DNA of 64,000 bases from Amphiscolops sp. MND2022 (Eukaryota). Both the position numbers and the translations under genes were made by a program. How positions within the stretch are numbered: the first letter of the stretch is position 1; every line of letters starts with the position of its first letter. Positions 12,580 through 24,800 of this stretch are shown one piece after another. The notes beneath the pieces are model-generated. The model was given only the letters and a program-made list of their open reading frames with translations, was not told the origin of the DNA and searched no databases. The stretch is from NCBI GenBank assembly GCA_964187785.1, contig OZ076416.1:54932001-54996000 (forward strand). The letters are read 5' to 3'.

Positions 12580-12627
12580 GAAGCCGCGGGTAATGAATGT
12601 ACTGATTCGAGCCCTACCCGCGGCTTC
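12580..12627. other. 13-bp GC-rich perfect stem, 22-nt loop, in the galK 3' UTR
   Basis: GAAGCCGCGGGTA (12580-12592) is the reverse complement of TACCCGCGGCTTC (12615-12627). Confidence 0.85.
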
Positions 12628-12660
12628 AATTCTAATAAATAATGCTGCCAATAAATAAAG

Positions 12661-12824
12661 TTAGGAAAGAATGAAGGCTTTAGCTCCTTGTTGTGGCGTG
12701 GCCAGGAAAAACTGTGGCTTCCTGTGATGACATTTCTCGTTATAAATGTTCTTCACAGCTGCAATGACGTCATTAATTTCAGACTTCTTCAGCAGAACCA
12801 CGCAACAGCCACCAAACCCACCGC
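12661..12824 (-). CDS. GALK1: galK exon 6 (GGFGGC...GAKAFILS*), 164 nt
   Basis: Acceptor CTCTACAG completes ARITGGGFGG; stop TAA at 12663-12661. Confidence 0.95.
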
Positions 12825-15800
12825 CTGTAGAGATGCTCAAAGATAATGATGTCAATTTTAATGTACTGGGTATATAAAAACAAGACGGGAACGTCTAAAG
12901 TCGGCGCTATATCTAAGGCTCAAAAAGCGCAAAAAGCTTTTTGAAAAAAACTTGAAATTTTTGATCTTCTTCCTTTCAGAAAATATCGCATAGTGCCGAA
13001 AAATGTAAAAGGGGCCCTTTGGGCTTTATTAACATATATTCTGTTGCAAAATATCAAAAAAACTCGAAAGGGGGACTCTTTTGAGACATTAAAAAAATTC
13101 CGAAAAAAGTCGCACAGTGCCGAAAAAAAATTGAAAGGGGAGACCCTTTAGTCTCTTCTGGTTTTGTAGGTTACGTAAAAAAAGGTTAAAAATGAAAGGG
13201 GGACCCTTTGCACTAAGTTTGCATTGCAAAGAACGTGTCAAGAAACTTATTTAAATAGCATGAATGGGAGTTACTAATTGTATAAGTTCATTGGCAGCCC
13301 GATGGAATCAATGAAAATTATTTTTGGTTATTTTGGACCCAACTGCTTGGGACAGAAATGCCTTTGAATTACATGTCTGGCACCGAAATGTTACTTTTTA
13401 CAACATCACGAAATAAAGCTCAGTATAAAAATCGGCTCATTTGGAGTTCGGTAAAATTTGTTACTGCAAAAACTTCCAAATAAATTTCAAGACGTACACT
13501 GACTACTGCCAGTCAATTTCTTTTAACCCCAATGAACCTAGTGATGCTTTAAAGCAGCCTACCTTTTTTTTCAAATTCTGATTCCTTTTGCCAGTAGCCC
13601 ATTTTCTCTAGCACAGTTTTTTTTCAACAAGTAATTGGTACCTAGATTGATTTGAATGGTACAAGCATTAGAAAAAGGGAATATATCTCCAAAGCTGAGA
13701 AAAATGGGTTTTTTGCACAAAAAAAGAGTTATATTTTCTCAATATTCAGATTTTGACGAAATCCTGTTTTCTCAAAAGTCTTTGATCAATAGAAACCAGA
13801 GCCGCATATGCGGTAAAGGAGTCGGCTTAAGTCTTTTTCCTTCTGACTCGCTTTCGTTCGAATCGTATGAACAGTTTGTAAGAAAATCGAAAAATGACTG
13901 TTTTTTTGGCCATTTTTGGGCTAAATTTGGCTATGTTTCTCACATCCCAGCCATACGAATTTAATGAAATTGCACATAAAGGACCATAATATGGTGGAGA
14001 ATAACTGTAGAAAATTTCGTTCGAATCGTATGGACAGTTTTTGAGAAAATCGAAAAAAATCGAAAAATGACTTTTTTTTGGCCATTTTTGGGCTAATTTT
14101 GGCTATGTTTCTCACATCCCAGCCATACGATTTGGATGCCATTGCACATATAGGACTCTAATATGCTGTAGAATAACTGTAGAAAATTTCGTTCGAATCG
14201 TATGGACAGTTTTTGAGACCAGAGCCGCATATGCGGTAAAGGAGTCGGCTTAAGTCTTTTTCCTTCTGACTCGCTTTCGTTCGAATCGTATGAACAGTTT
14301 GTGAGAAAATCGAAAAAATCGAAAAATGACTGTTTTTTGTCCATTTTTGGGCTGATTTTGGCTATGTTTCTCACATACCAGCCATACGATTTTGATGCCA
14401 TTGCACATATAGGACTCTAATATGGTGTAGAATAACTGTAGAAAATTTCGTTCGAATCGTATGGACAGTTTTTGAGAAAATCGAAAAAAGTCGAAAAATG
14501 GCCGTTTTTTGGCCATTTTTGGGCTAATTTTGGCTATGTTTCTCACATCCCAGCCATACGATTTTGATGCCATTGCACACGCAGGGGCCCCTTCGGGTGT
14601 AGAATGACTGTGCAAAATTTCGTGAAAATCGTATGGACAGTTTTTGAAAAATTTGAAATTTTCATGAAAAGGTCGGGAGAAAAAAAACAGCACGATTGCA
14701 TAAGTAGTCGAAAATTTTTCCGACTCCTAAAAACCAACCACATACCCTTCCACAACAAGTCCTGGTGCAACAAACCCCTATAATATTCTGTTGTTACTAC
14801 AAGCCCCCGCGCAGCGGCGGTACCGGAAAAAGAGACTAAAATTCTGAAGGAAGGGGCGCGCGCGACAGGGGCTCACCTGACCAAAATGAAAGCCCAATAT
14901 CAGACCTTTCAAACGCGCTATAGTTCATTCCTCTGGTACGCGTAGTTGTGGAGATATTGATGATTGAAATTTTTTTGGCAAATTTTTCGAAAATTTTAAA
15001 AAACGCCCAGGTCGATTGGGCTTAAGTACGAAAAAATCAAGAGAATTCTGTATATCATGCAAACTTATCGCAGCAATTTTTAATCTTGACATTTGCATAC
15101 GAAAGGAAAATCCAACGTTTTACTGGAAGCATCAAATGAAAACGACTACAAGCATATGCCTGAAATAAATGAGAACAAAGAATTTTATATTAGAAAAATA
15201 GGCCCCTGTGGGGCACAGTATTATTTCTGCTTTTAGGCTTTCATGTTCAATAATAGAAGCATATCTTAATCATCTATATAGCGCACAATTAATCACTCTA
15301 CCAGTTTACACCGCCTTTAATTTTTCTCGGACTTTAGAAAATATAACTATTAAGCGTAGATGAAGTTTGGTATTCGCATTTGAATGCAGGCGAAGCTGTC
15401 GGCGAACGAACTCGATAGCTTCATCTCAATGAATTCGGCGTACGAATGCATAATTACCACTCGCTCATTCCATCGCACGAGAAACGAATTGTTGTCGGCA
15501 GCTTGAAAAATTTAAATGTCACGCTTAAACTCACTGCCGAACAAAATATCTGAATTTCTCAGTAGGTACTCGGAATCAGACGAAAATTGAACTGAAAAAA
15601 AAAGTTGGAAGAATTCAGATTTCAATAATATTCCTGCTATCGCAGAAATAAGAATAAAAGGGGAATAAGGAAGCTTTCGTGGAACTCATGACAGTTTGAG
15701 AGATAGTAGCAGCAAAAGCAGTTCCACTGCGGTATTTTTTCGTTTGCTGGTACAAAAAGTTACTTAGGAAAGATCGGGCGGGAACTCACAGAAAAAAAAC

Positions 15801-18800
15801 TGAATTTTTACTAAGTAAGAAAAAAGACCTGAAAAAGGACATTGGCGAAATTACCATTGATGTTACAAGGAACGTACGCGAGACTTTTGCAAAAAACGAT
15901 TCGTCAAAGTAACTAAAGGGGCGAAACAATTTGACGCGTTTGTTCACTTCGAGCATCTCTGTGGCTAACCAACCTGTTATCCTAGCCCCAAGAACACCGG
16001 GTTGTTTCATAGCACAACCAACTAAGAGGTCAACTTCAGGACAACTGACCTCGTAGAGGTCACGCAGAGACTCATGGGATTCGGCCATTAGATGTCCAAT
16101 TATTTTAAGGTCACTGTTGTTGGTTGATTTCGTCAGAATTTCCGCAACCTGTTGTGTCCTGTTTATTTCTTTAATCACATGCAACGCTTTTTTCCAATGG
16201 TCTTCCCCAATCTCATCTTTCTTCTCGTGAAGATTTTCTAAATTCGTGTCTCTCAGTGTTTCCACGCCTGAAACAACGTGTGTTAGAGCCGCAGAAAAAC
16301 GAAGAACAAGCCGGAACCGGCCCAAGTCGGCGGCCCGCTCAAATTTCTTGCATATGCAAGAATACTTTTTTCAAACTTTTATCACTTTCTCGAGACCAAA
16401 AAATATCCCAAAGAATACGCATTCGACTCGGGAACCACATTTTTCCCAACTGGTAACAAAAAATCCTTTTCCCAAAAATTTTTAGATTTTTTCCAAAAGT
16501 CTTAAAGTGTCGAAAAAGGAACTATCAGCTCAAAAAACTACCTTTTCCCAAGCCGAAATCCGCTCTGGAAGTGGGAGGGTGCCTTTGACCAAATGAAAAT
16601 TTCTGAAAATTTCGTTAATAAAGCACAGAGCCAAAAAAGCTTTAACAAAGTATAATAAAGTATTGAAAATAAAACAGCTGTTCGGTTCAGTTGAAAAAGA
16701 ATATGGTCTCGCAATACCAAAAAATCCAAAGGGGGGCTTTGGCTTCGAATGATTTTGTATCAACTCTAAGAATCCTAAAAATCAAAAGGGGGACCCTTTT
16801 GTATCATTGAAAAATTCCCCCCCCCCCCCCCACGAAACGTTATATCCAGTTTGCGCCAAAAAATATAAAGGGGGGTCATTTGGCTTCAATGATTTTGTAC
16901 TAACTCTAAATATCCTGAAAATTGAACGGGGGGACCCTTTTGTAAAATCGAAAAATTCTCTAAGAAACATTATATCCGGTATACGTTATATGGGTTGTGT
17001 TATTGTCGAAGGGCTCCTTTACAGTTTAAATGTAGTATGTCGATGGCCAAAAGGGACTGAAGCGAAAACTGAACCAGAACTTTTGGTAGAACTATTTCGG
17101 GCAGTTCAGGTATATCCGAAAAGCAACGATTGACAGCGCCCACAAAAATTCACGCGAAGTATTTCGCTATTTTTATCCGAATTTCTCCTTAAAATTGCAC
17201 AATTTTCAGACAACAAGGTTGCTTCAGGTTGAAAAGCTCGAGCATGACTTGAGGTTATAGTATACTTGGAAAAAGATGATTGTTTTAAACTCACTCCGTG
17301 GCACAAAATCAGATACTAAATTATAATGATCAGTAGATTATTTTTACTCGGCGCTTTTATAAAACAAGCCGGGAACGGCCCAAGTCGGCGCCATATCTCA
17401 GGCTCAAAAATACCAAAAGGACTTCCAAAGTATCGGTGAATTGGGGACCCTTTTATGAATTTTTTTTGAAAAGTCTCACCATGCCGAAAAAAACTGGAAG
17501 GGGGGACTCTTTGGGATTTTTCAAAATCCATTCTGTCGGAATATATCCAAACAATTGAAGGGGGACCGACCCTTCGGTGAATTTTTTTTGAAAAAAAGTC
17601 TCACAGAGCCGAAAATACTCTAAGGGAGTACCCTTTGGCCCCCTTGAGTTTCTTAGATGATGTAAAAATACTACTTCGTAAGCTAAGTAAGAATTGTAAG
17701 AAATTGTGAGATTGTAAGAATTGTAAGAAAAGTGGACCATTCAGGGTGAGATCGTCAGCTGAAAAAAAACTACCCACTGTAATAGTCGGGAAAAGAGCCC
17801 GACTATTACAGACACTCCTTTCTTTCTGTTTTTATTATTCTCATTTTTCGTTTTTTTTGAAAATTTTTTCATGTCACCAAAAGCTAACTCTTCAATTTTT
17901 TTGATAACTGGTAATCAAACGGAAAACAAATCATTTTCTAATTTTATATTTCAAAAATTTCAAACCTCTATAAACCAGAGCCCCATATGCGGTAAAGGAG
18001 TCGGCTTAGGTCTTTTTCCTTCTGACTCGCTCCAATCCCAGTCATACGAATTTATTGAAATTGCACACATAGGACCATACTATGGTGTAGAAAATGACTG
18101 TAGAAATTTTCGTTCGAATCGTATGGACAGTTTTAGCAAATGAAAAAAAGTCAAAAAATGGTTGTTTTTTGGCCATTTTTGGATTAATTTTGGCTATGTT
18201 TCTCACATCCCAGCAATACAAATTTGATGAAATTACACACAAAGGGCCATAATATGGTGTAGAAAAACTGTACAAAATTTCGTTCGAATCGTATAGACAG
18301 TTTTTGCGAAAATCAAAAAAAGTCGAAAAATGGCTGTTTTTGGGCTAATTTTGGTCATTTTTGGGCTGATTTTGGCTGTTTCTCACATTCCAGCCATGCG
18401 ATTTCGATGTCTTTGCGCACGCAGGGGCCCCTTTTGGTGTAGAATGACTGTGCAAAATTCTATGAAAATCGTATGGACAGTTTTCGAGAAATTTGAAATT
18501 TTCATGAAAAGGTCGGGAGAAAAAAAAACAAAAAAAAAACGACACGATTGCATAAGTAGTCGAAAATTTTTTCCGACTCCTAAAAACAAAAACGACACGA
18601 TTGCATAAGTAGTCGAAAATTTTTTCCGACTCCTAAAAACAAAAACGACACGATTGCATAAGTAGTCGAAAATTTTTTCCGACTCCTAAAAATCAAATAT
18701 TGCGAACCTCAACACTGAAAGTGCGTTAATCTGGTAAATAGAAAAAGCTTCAAATATTCTGCTGATCCTATCACGAGTCACGATTTTTCATCGTTTGAGC

Positions 18801-21800
18801 CCTATCGATGTAAACCACCTAAATATAATAACATGGTCCTTTAGGAGGAACTACAGAGTATTAATTAGGATGAAATCATGGGAGAAACAAAGGAGCACAC
18901 TAACCGAGACACTGTGCAACTTTCTCGCACATGGCTCTGCGTTTCCTGTATGGCCCGTCTCCCAGGTTATGTTTGACCCCAGAGTTGATTACGAGGAAAG
19001 CGTAGTCCGAGTAGTCAAATCTGAGGTGGGTTGTCGACTGCGTTTTACAGTCCAAAAGAAGAAGATGGTTTTCCTAGAACAGTACCAAAAACTAATTTAT
19101 TCAAACAAATACGGAACTTCAAGCGGAAAAAGAAGTTCTTAATATCGAAAATGAATGTCCGTACCAGGAAATCCATCAAAGCTATAATAATTGAAGTACC
19201 GCAAACCCAAGACATTGAAAACAATTCAATCATTTTGCAAAAAACCCAAATTTTGTACCAACAATCCGCGTGTAACATATCTTTCCGCAAGTGTTTTTCA
19301 CGCAATTGAAGAACCTTTATATCGCACGAAAAATAGATTTTAGAAAAAATTCGAAAATGTAATTTCGAGAATAGTAAAATCAAAAAACGCAGTGTCATTG
19401 TGATATTTTTTGTTTGCTGGTACAAGAAGCTTTTAGGAAAAGATTGCTCGTGTAATTAAGGGAACTGAATTTTCGCAAAAAAACGTAACGGGAGAATGGA
19501 CGAAAGGTTACCTGACAAAGAACACTAGCGAACTGGTCCATGATGCCACAAGGCACGTTGGCGAAGTTGTGTTCGGCTCTCTGGCACGCCAGCGCCTTGG
19601 CCACTTTTTCACTGTGGTGCCCAGACATGCTCTCCAGAAAGGTGTAAACAGCTGCTTCCAGACTGGCAGAGCTGGAAAGACCGGCTCCCAGTGGAACCGA
19701 AGAGGATATGACGCAATCGAAGCCCTGGCTCAGGGGATGGTTCTGACTGAATTCATGCACTGTGCCTAAAGTTTATTTGAAAAACAAATTGCGGCTCTCT
19801 CGGTAACAGCACATTCCAAGTTAGCATCCACTCAAGAAAGCTGTTACATGTCCAAAAGGAAGAACATCTCAAAATATGGATATGATAAACATTGATTTGA
19901 CTTCACATTGCAAAAGCAGCGAAGTTAATTCATTTTACATTGTCTCTATAGAGCCATGAGTCCAAAAACGGGTTCTGTGCTGAACCCTCAAATTTCCTTT
20001 GAAGAAAAGTTTGCTTTTTCAGCGAGTAGATTGAATCAAACTGACACCTATAATCTTTTTCGGGAACATGAGGAAATTTCTGCTATTTATAACCGAATGC
20101 TTTCAAAGTCTTTTTTTTCCGGTACTCAGTTTTTTGTCTTGAAGAATTCTTTAAACAAAAGAAGAGAGTGTCATAGTCGGGCGAATCAGGTCTCAACTAA
20201 AAGCGCCGACTAAAAGAACTGTGACGTACCTAGAACGTAGTTAGCCCATGTGAAGTTTTTGTCCGTAATAGACGACAGAGGACAGCTTTCAGAATCCTCA
20301 GGCAGCTCTATCTGGTAGGACTTGTGATCGACACTCTTCTCATTCGTGTGTAACCTGTTAAGAGATGAATCATGAGAAGACAACAAACGCTACAGAAAAT
20401 GAAACTCTTACACTTGCCCACAAAAGTCAGCGGCGATGCCACTTTAGTAAGGACTCAATTTTTAAAGACGAAGACAAACAAGCCGGTAGAGCCCTCTTAA
20501 TGCTCAACAAGCCGGGACCGGCCCAAGTCGGCGCCATATCCAAGGCTCAAAAATAGCAAAAGGACTTCCAAGTGTCAATTTACAGTACTCGAAAATCAAA
20601 AACCAAAAAAATGGACAGAGTGGCGCGCCGGGGCCCGCTAGCGCGTGCCACTGGCGCGCTAAAAGGGGGACACTTCCGAAATTGTCAACATTTTTGTCGC
20701 AGTTGAAAGGGGACCCTTTGGAGAAAAAACAAATTTTCGGAAAAAAATCTCACAATGCCGAAACAAAACTGAAATGGGGGACCCTTTGGGGATTTTTCAA
20801 CATCCATTCTGTCGCAAAACATCAAAAATATTGAAGGGAGGAAAAATTTTTATTTTCGGAAAAAAATCTCACAATGCCGAAAAAAACTGAAAGGGGGGAC
20901 CCTTTGGGGTTTTTCAACATCCATTCTGTCGCAAAACAGCAAAAATTTGAAGGGAGGAAAATTTTTATTTTCGGAAAAAATCTCAATGCCGAAAAACTGA
21001 AAAGGGGACCCTTTGGGATTTTTCAACATCCATTCTGTCGCAAAACATCAAAAAATTGAAGGGAGGAAAAATTTTTATTTTCGGAAAAAATCTCAATGCC
21101 GAAAAACTGAAAAGGGGACCCTTTGGGATTTTTCAACATCCATTCTGTCGCAAAACATCAAAAAATTGAAGGGAGGAAAAATTTTTATTTTCGGAAAAAA
21201 TCTCACAATGCCGAAAAACTGAAAAGGGGACCCTTTGGGATTTTTCAACATCCATTCTGTCGCAAAACATCAAAAAATTGAAGGGAGGAAAAATTTTTAT
21301 TTTCGGAAAAAATCTCACAATGCCGAAAAACTGAAAGGGGGGACCCTTTGGGATTTTTCAACATCCATTCTGTCGCAAAACAGTAAAAAATTTGAAGGGG
21401 GACACCCTTTGGGGAAAAATTTGGCGAACAAAAAAGTCTCGCAGTGCCGAAAAAAATTGAAAGGACCTCGCCTGGTATGGCATGTCTCGCCCGGTATGGT
21501 ATGCCTCGCCCAGTATGATATGTTACGCGGGAAAACAGGAAAAACCTTTTTGGTTCAGTTCGCTAGGGAAAATGGTGCAATTTGGTGCAATAATATTTTG
21601 TAGAACTTTTAAGAACTATTTTGGTCAGTTCGTGTGTATTGAAAAAAAAGAGTCACTATAATAGTCCCGTTTCACTTCATGAAGCGCCGACTAAAAAGAA
21701 CAGGGTCGCCTGTTGAAAAAAATATAATTGAGAAGCTATCGTCAACCTCACAGTACCAAAAATATCCAAAGGGACTTTTTCAGACTAAAAACGTTTTCTC

Positions 21801-24800
21801 TAACCGAAAACAAAAAAACTTCAACTTATGGAAAAATTCCTTCGGAACAAGTCGCACGATGCCAAAAAACCAACGTTTTTTTCCTTTCTGAGAACCAGAA
21901 AACTCAAAGGGAGAAGGAGTATTTGGTGAACTGAAATTTCTTCTCCAGAAAAACGCACAATGCCAAAAACCCAACGTGTGGGACCCTTTGACCTAGTCTA
22001 TGTTGGCAGTCGTGAAAAAGTTTTTTAAACCAGCCCGTGATTCGATCCCGATATCACGATTCCCAGCCACTGTCACCGTCACAGACGTTGGACTTTCCTC
22101 CACCTTTTCAAGCATAAAAAACTTGAAGCACCTTAGATTATGAGCTTTGATACTTGAAAGTGTAAAAACTGAAATTGTAAGCTGTCAGGAAACGATAACC
22201 TAGGAAAGACTAGCTCACATTACGCCAATAAAATCCGCAACACTAAGCTGGTAAAAGAGTTAGATATGAGTAAAAACTCCAGGCCAGGCCAAGTAAAATG
22301 TCATCAGGCCTGGAAATCCGCTGTCCCAAAAGGTGGACCCCTTCTTTCCATTTGAAGTGTTGAAAATGCCATTCAAAATTTATAAACGTTGACTCTTTAG
22401 GGTGACCGAAGAAAAAATCGCCACTGTAAGAGTCTTGGACTTTTTGCCAAAAAGCGCCGACTAAAAACGCAAAAAAATAATGTATTACGCCGGAAATGTA
22501 TAACACCGGAAAGCATTGGCAAAATTCTCTAACTCACTCGGTTATGAAGTATTTAGTAGTCACAGATTTTCATTTTTAACCACATTGACATTTTTAGAAA
22601 AAAAGGTCCATTGAATTTTTTGGCACTTGGTTTTTTGCAGATTTTTTTTCAAAATAGTCCACCTTTGGGTACTCTGATAATTTGCAACCACGTCGGACCA
22701 AACGAACCCAACAGAACGTTTCCCCTTTTGATTTATTCGGCACTGAGATGATTTGAATGTTCCTCAAAAACAGGCACTCTTTTCAAATTTAAAAAAATTA
22801 CTCGTTTCGAATCTCAAGCAGAATGTTGACTTCGGCCGTTCCAGGGTTGTTGAACAAACACTTCAAACCCTGGTTATTCCAGGTTAACTCTGTTTTGCAT
22901 TAACATGAGCGTCGATATGCACTGGAGAGGAGACATTAGTCAATTTCGATACCGAAAAAAACGAATTTTGATTCTAAAAAATTGACAGATCGGAGAGTTT
23001 ACTATTTTTCAGACTTTGTATTAGGTAAACCATATTTGAAACTGTGATGGTGATTTACCTTGAAGAAAGCGCAAAAAACTTTAACAACGCCGAGACTCGG
23101 TTTGACGGTATTTGGTCACTAATTATTCGAAGATGTAGTGAAACGCTTTTAGTTGGCGCCTTTCCCCTAAAGGAAAAAAGCCCGACTATTACAGTGGGTA
23201 GTTTTTTTTCTTTTTCAGCTGACAATCTCACTCTGAATGGTCCACTTTTCTTACAATTCTTACAATCTTACAATTTCTCAATTTCTTACAATTCTTAGCT
23301 TACGAAGTAGTATTTTTATATCATTTAAGAAACTCAACGGGGCCAAAGAGTATTTTCGGCTCGGTGAGACTTTCTTTCGAAATTTTTTTTTCACCGAAGA
23401 GTCCCACCTTCAATTTTTTGATATTTTTGGACAGAATGGATTTTGAAAAATCCCAAATGGTCCCCCCTTTCAGTTTTTTTCCGGCATTGTGAGACTTCGA
23501 AAAAAAAATCCATAAAAGGGTCCCCAATTCACCAATACTTTTACATTTGAAGTCCTTTTGGTATTTTTGAGCCTTAGATATGGCGCCGACTTGGGGCGAT
23601 CCCGGCTTGTTGTTTCCATTACAAAGCAGCAGTGCTGAAATGAGCGAAGAACAACGTCAACGGGATTTTACTTTTTAAACTCATCATTTGAAGCGGTTTA
23701 AAGATTATCTATGAAAAAAATCTCGATTTACGCAATATTTCGCAGATTAGCACAAAATACAATCAATTATATATTATCGAAATATACAAGAACTTCTCCG
23801 AGAAATTCGAATTGTTTCTCAACAAACTTCCGAATTCTTTATAAGATTTTGTCACCTGACAAAAAAGCGTCGAATTTCCCCCAGACGTGCTTATTTATAA
23901 TTTTGAAACGTCATTTAATTATGATTTAGGTTTATATAATAATTTAGGTTTATAGAAGCAGCGTGCTGTCCTCCAAATACATAAAAAGAAAGCTTCCGGA
24001 AAAACAAAAGACTGACATTTCCGAAAACAACAAGACTCCTCCAACTTCTGCCACTCAAATTATTCAATAATTTAATAAATAATCAACTTCCAAAAACATT
24101 GCACTTGGGGTTGAAAAAGCCAATTTTACAAAACTTCGCAATAAGGCTACAGAGTTCAACTTTGTGAAAGATTAGATACAGGTAAAGAAAGAATTCATAG
24201 TCAAAAAAGGCGCAAAAAGCAAACTTTTCGTCATAAATTTGTTTCACATTCAATGAGAAACAAGCACAGGAGAAATATGGTACATCTTGTTCAATTAACT
24301 GACATCTAGTAATGAATAACGCACTCTTTTTTAACACTAAAAAGCTTTGAAAGAGCTCAAATTATCAAAAATTTAGTGTTAAAAAAGAGTGCGTTATTCA
24401 TTACTAGATGTCAGTTAATTGAACAAGATGTACCATATTTCTCCTGTGCTTGTTTCTCATTGAATGTGAAACAAGTTTATGACGAAATACCTTAATTGTA
24501 CTTAATTGTACTATTACTTTATTATTATTTTCCGACCCACATTTTTAATGGGGAGGAAAATCATCATCTGTGTTGCGTTTTTTCCCAAATTCTGCCAAAA
24601 CTCCACTTTGTACAACTCCATTCCACTTACTCAGTCTCCATGCTCAGCCTTCATCCTTCATACTGAGATGAGAATAATATCTAAAGTAAAAATGGGATTA
24701 AGATCTAAAGGGAATAAGATCTAAAATTTCAGGACGGGAAAAGATCTAAAGGGAATAAGATCTAAAATCACTAAATTTTAGATCTTATTATTTAGTTCCT

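Noticed and set aside
12580-12627. SECIS or histone-type stem-loop
   Set aside because: No AUGA/GA quartet or apical AA in the SECIS arrangement, galK has no in-frame TGA, and it does not match the 6-bp histone stem.
15786-16325. 179-aa ORF as a standalone gene
   Set aside because: Only 15974-16267 is galactokinase-like and is bounded by splice sites; the flanks are intron (family A terminus and AT-rich sequence).
11932-21934. Many 60-150 aa ORFs such as [10 protein letters not shown]... and [11 protein letters not shown]...
   Set aside because: They are translations of family A/B internal tandem repeats, recur in several frames and copies, and have no protein-like motifs.
24697-24790. Cluster of AAGATCTAAA motifs (four direct, one inverted)
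   Set aside because: Probably sub-terminal repeats of a decayed MITE; no termini or TSD could be defined.
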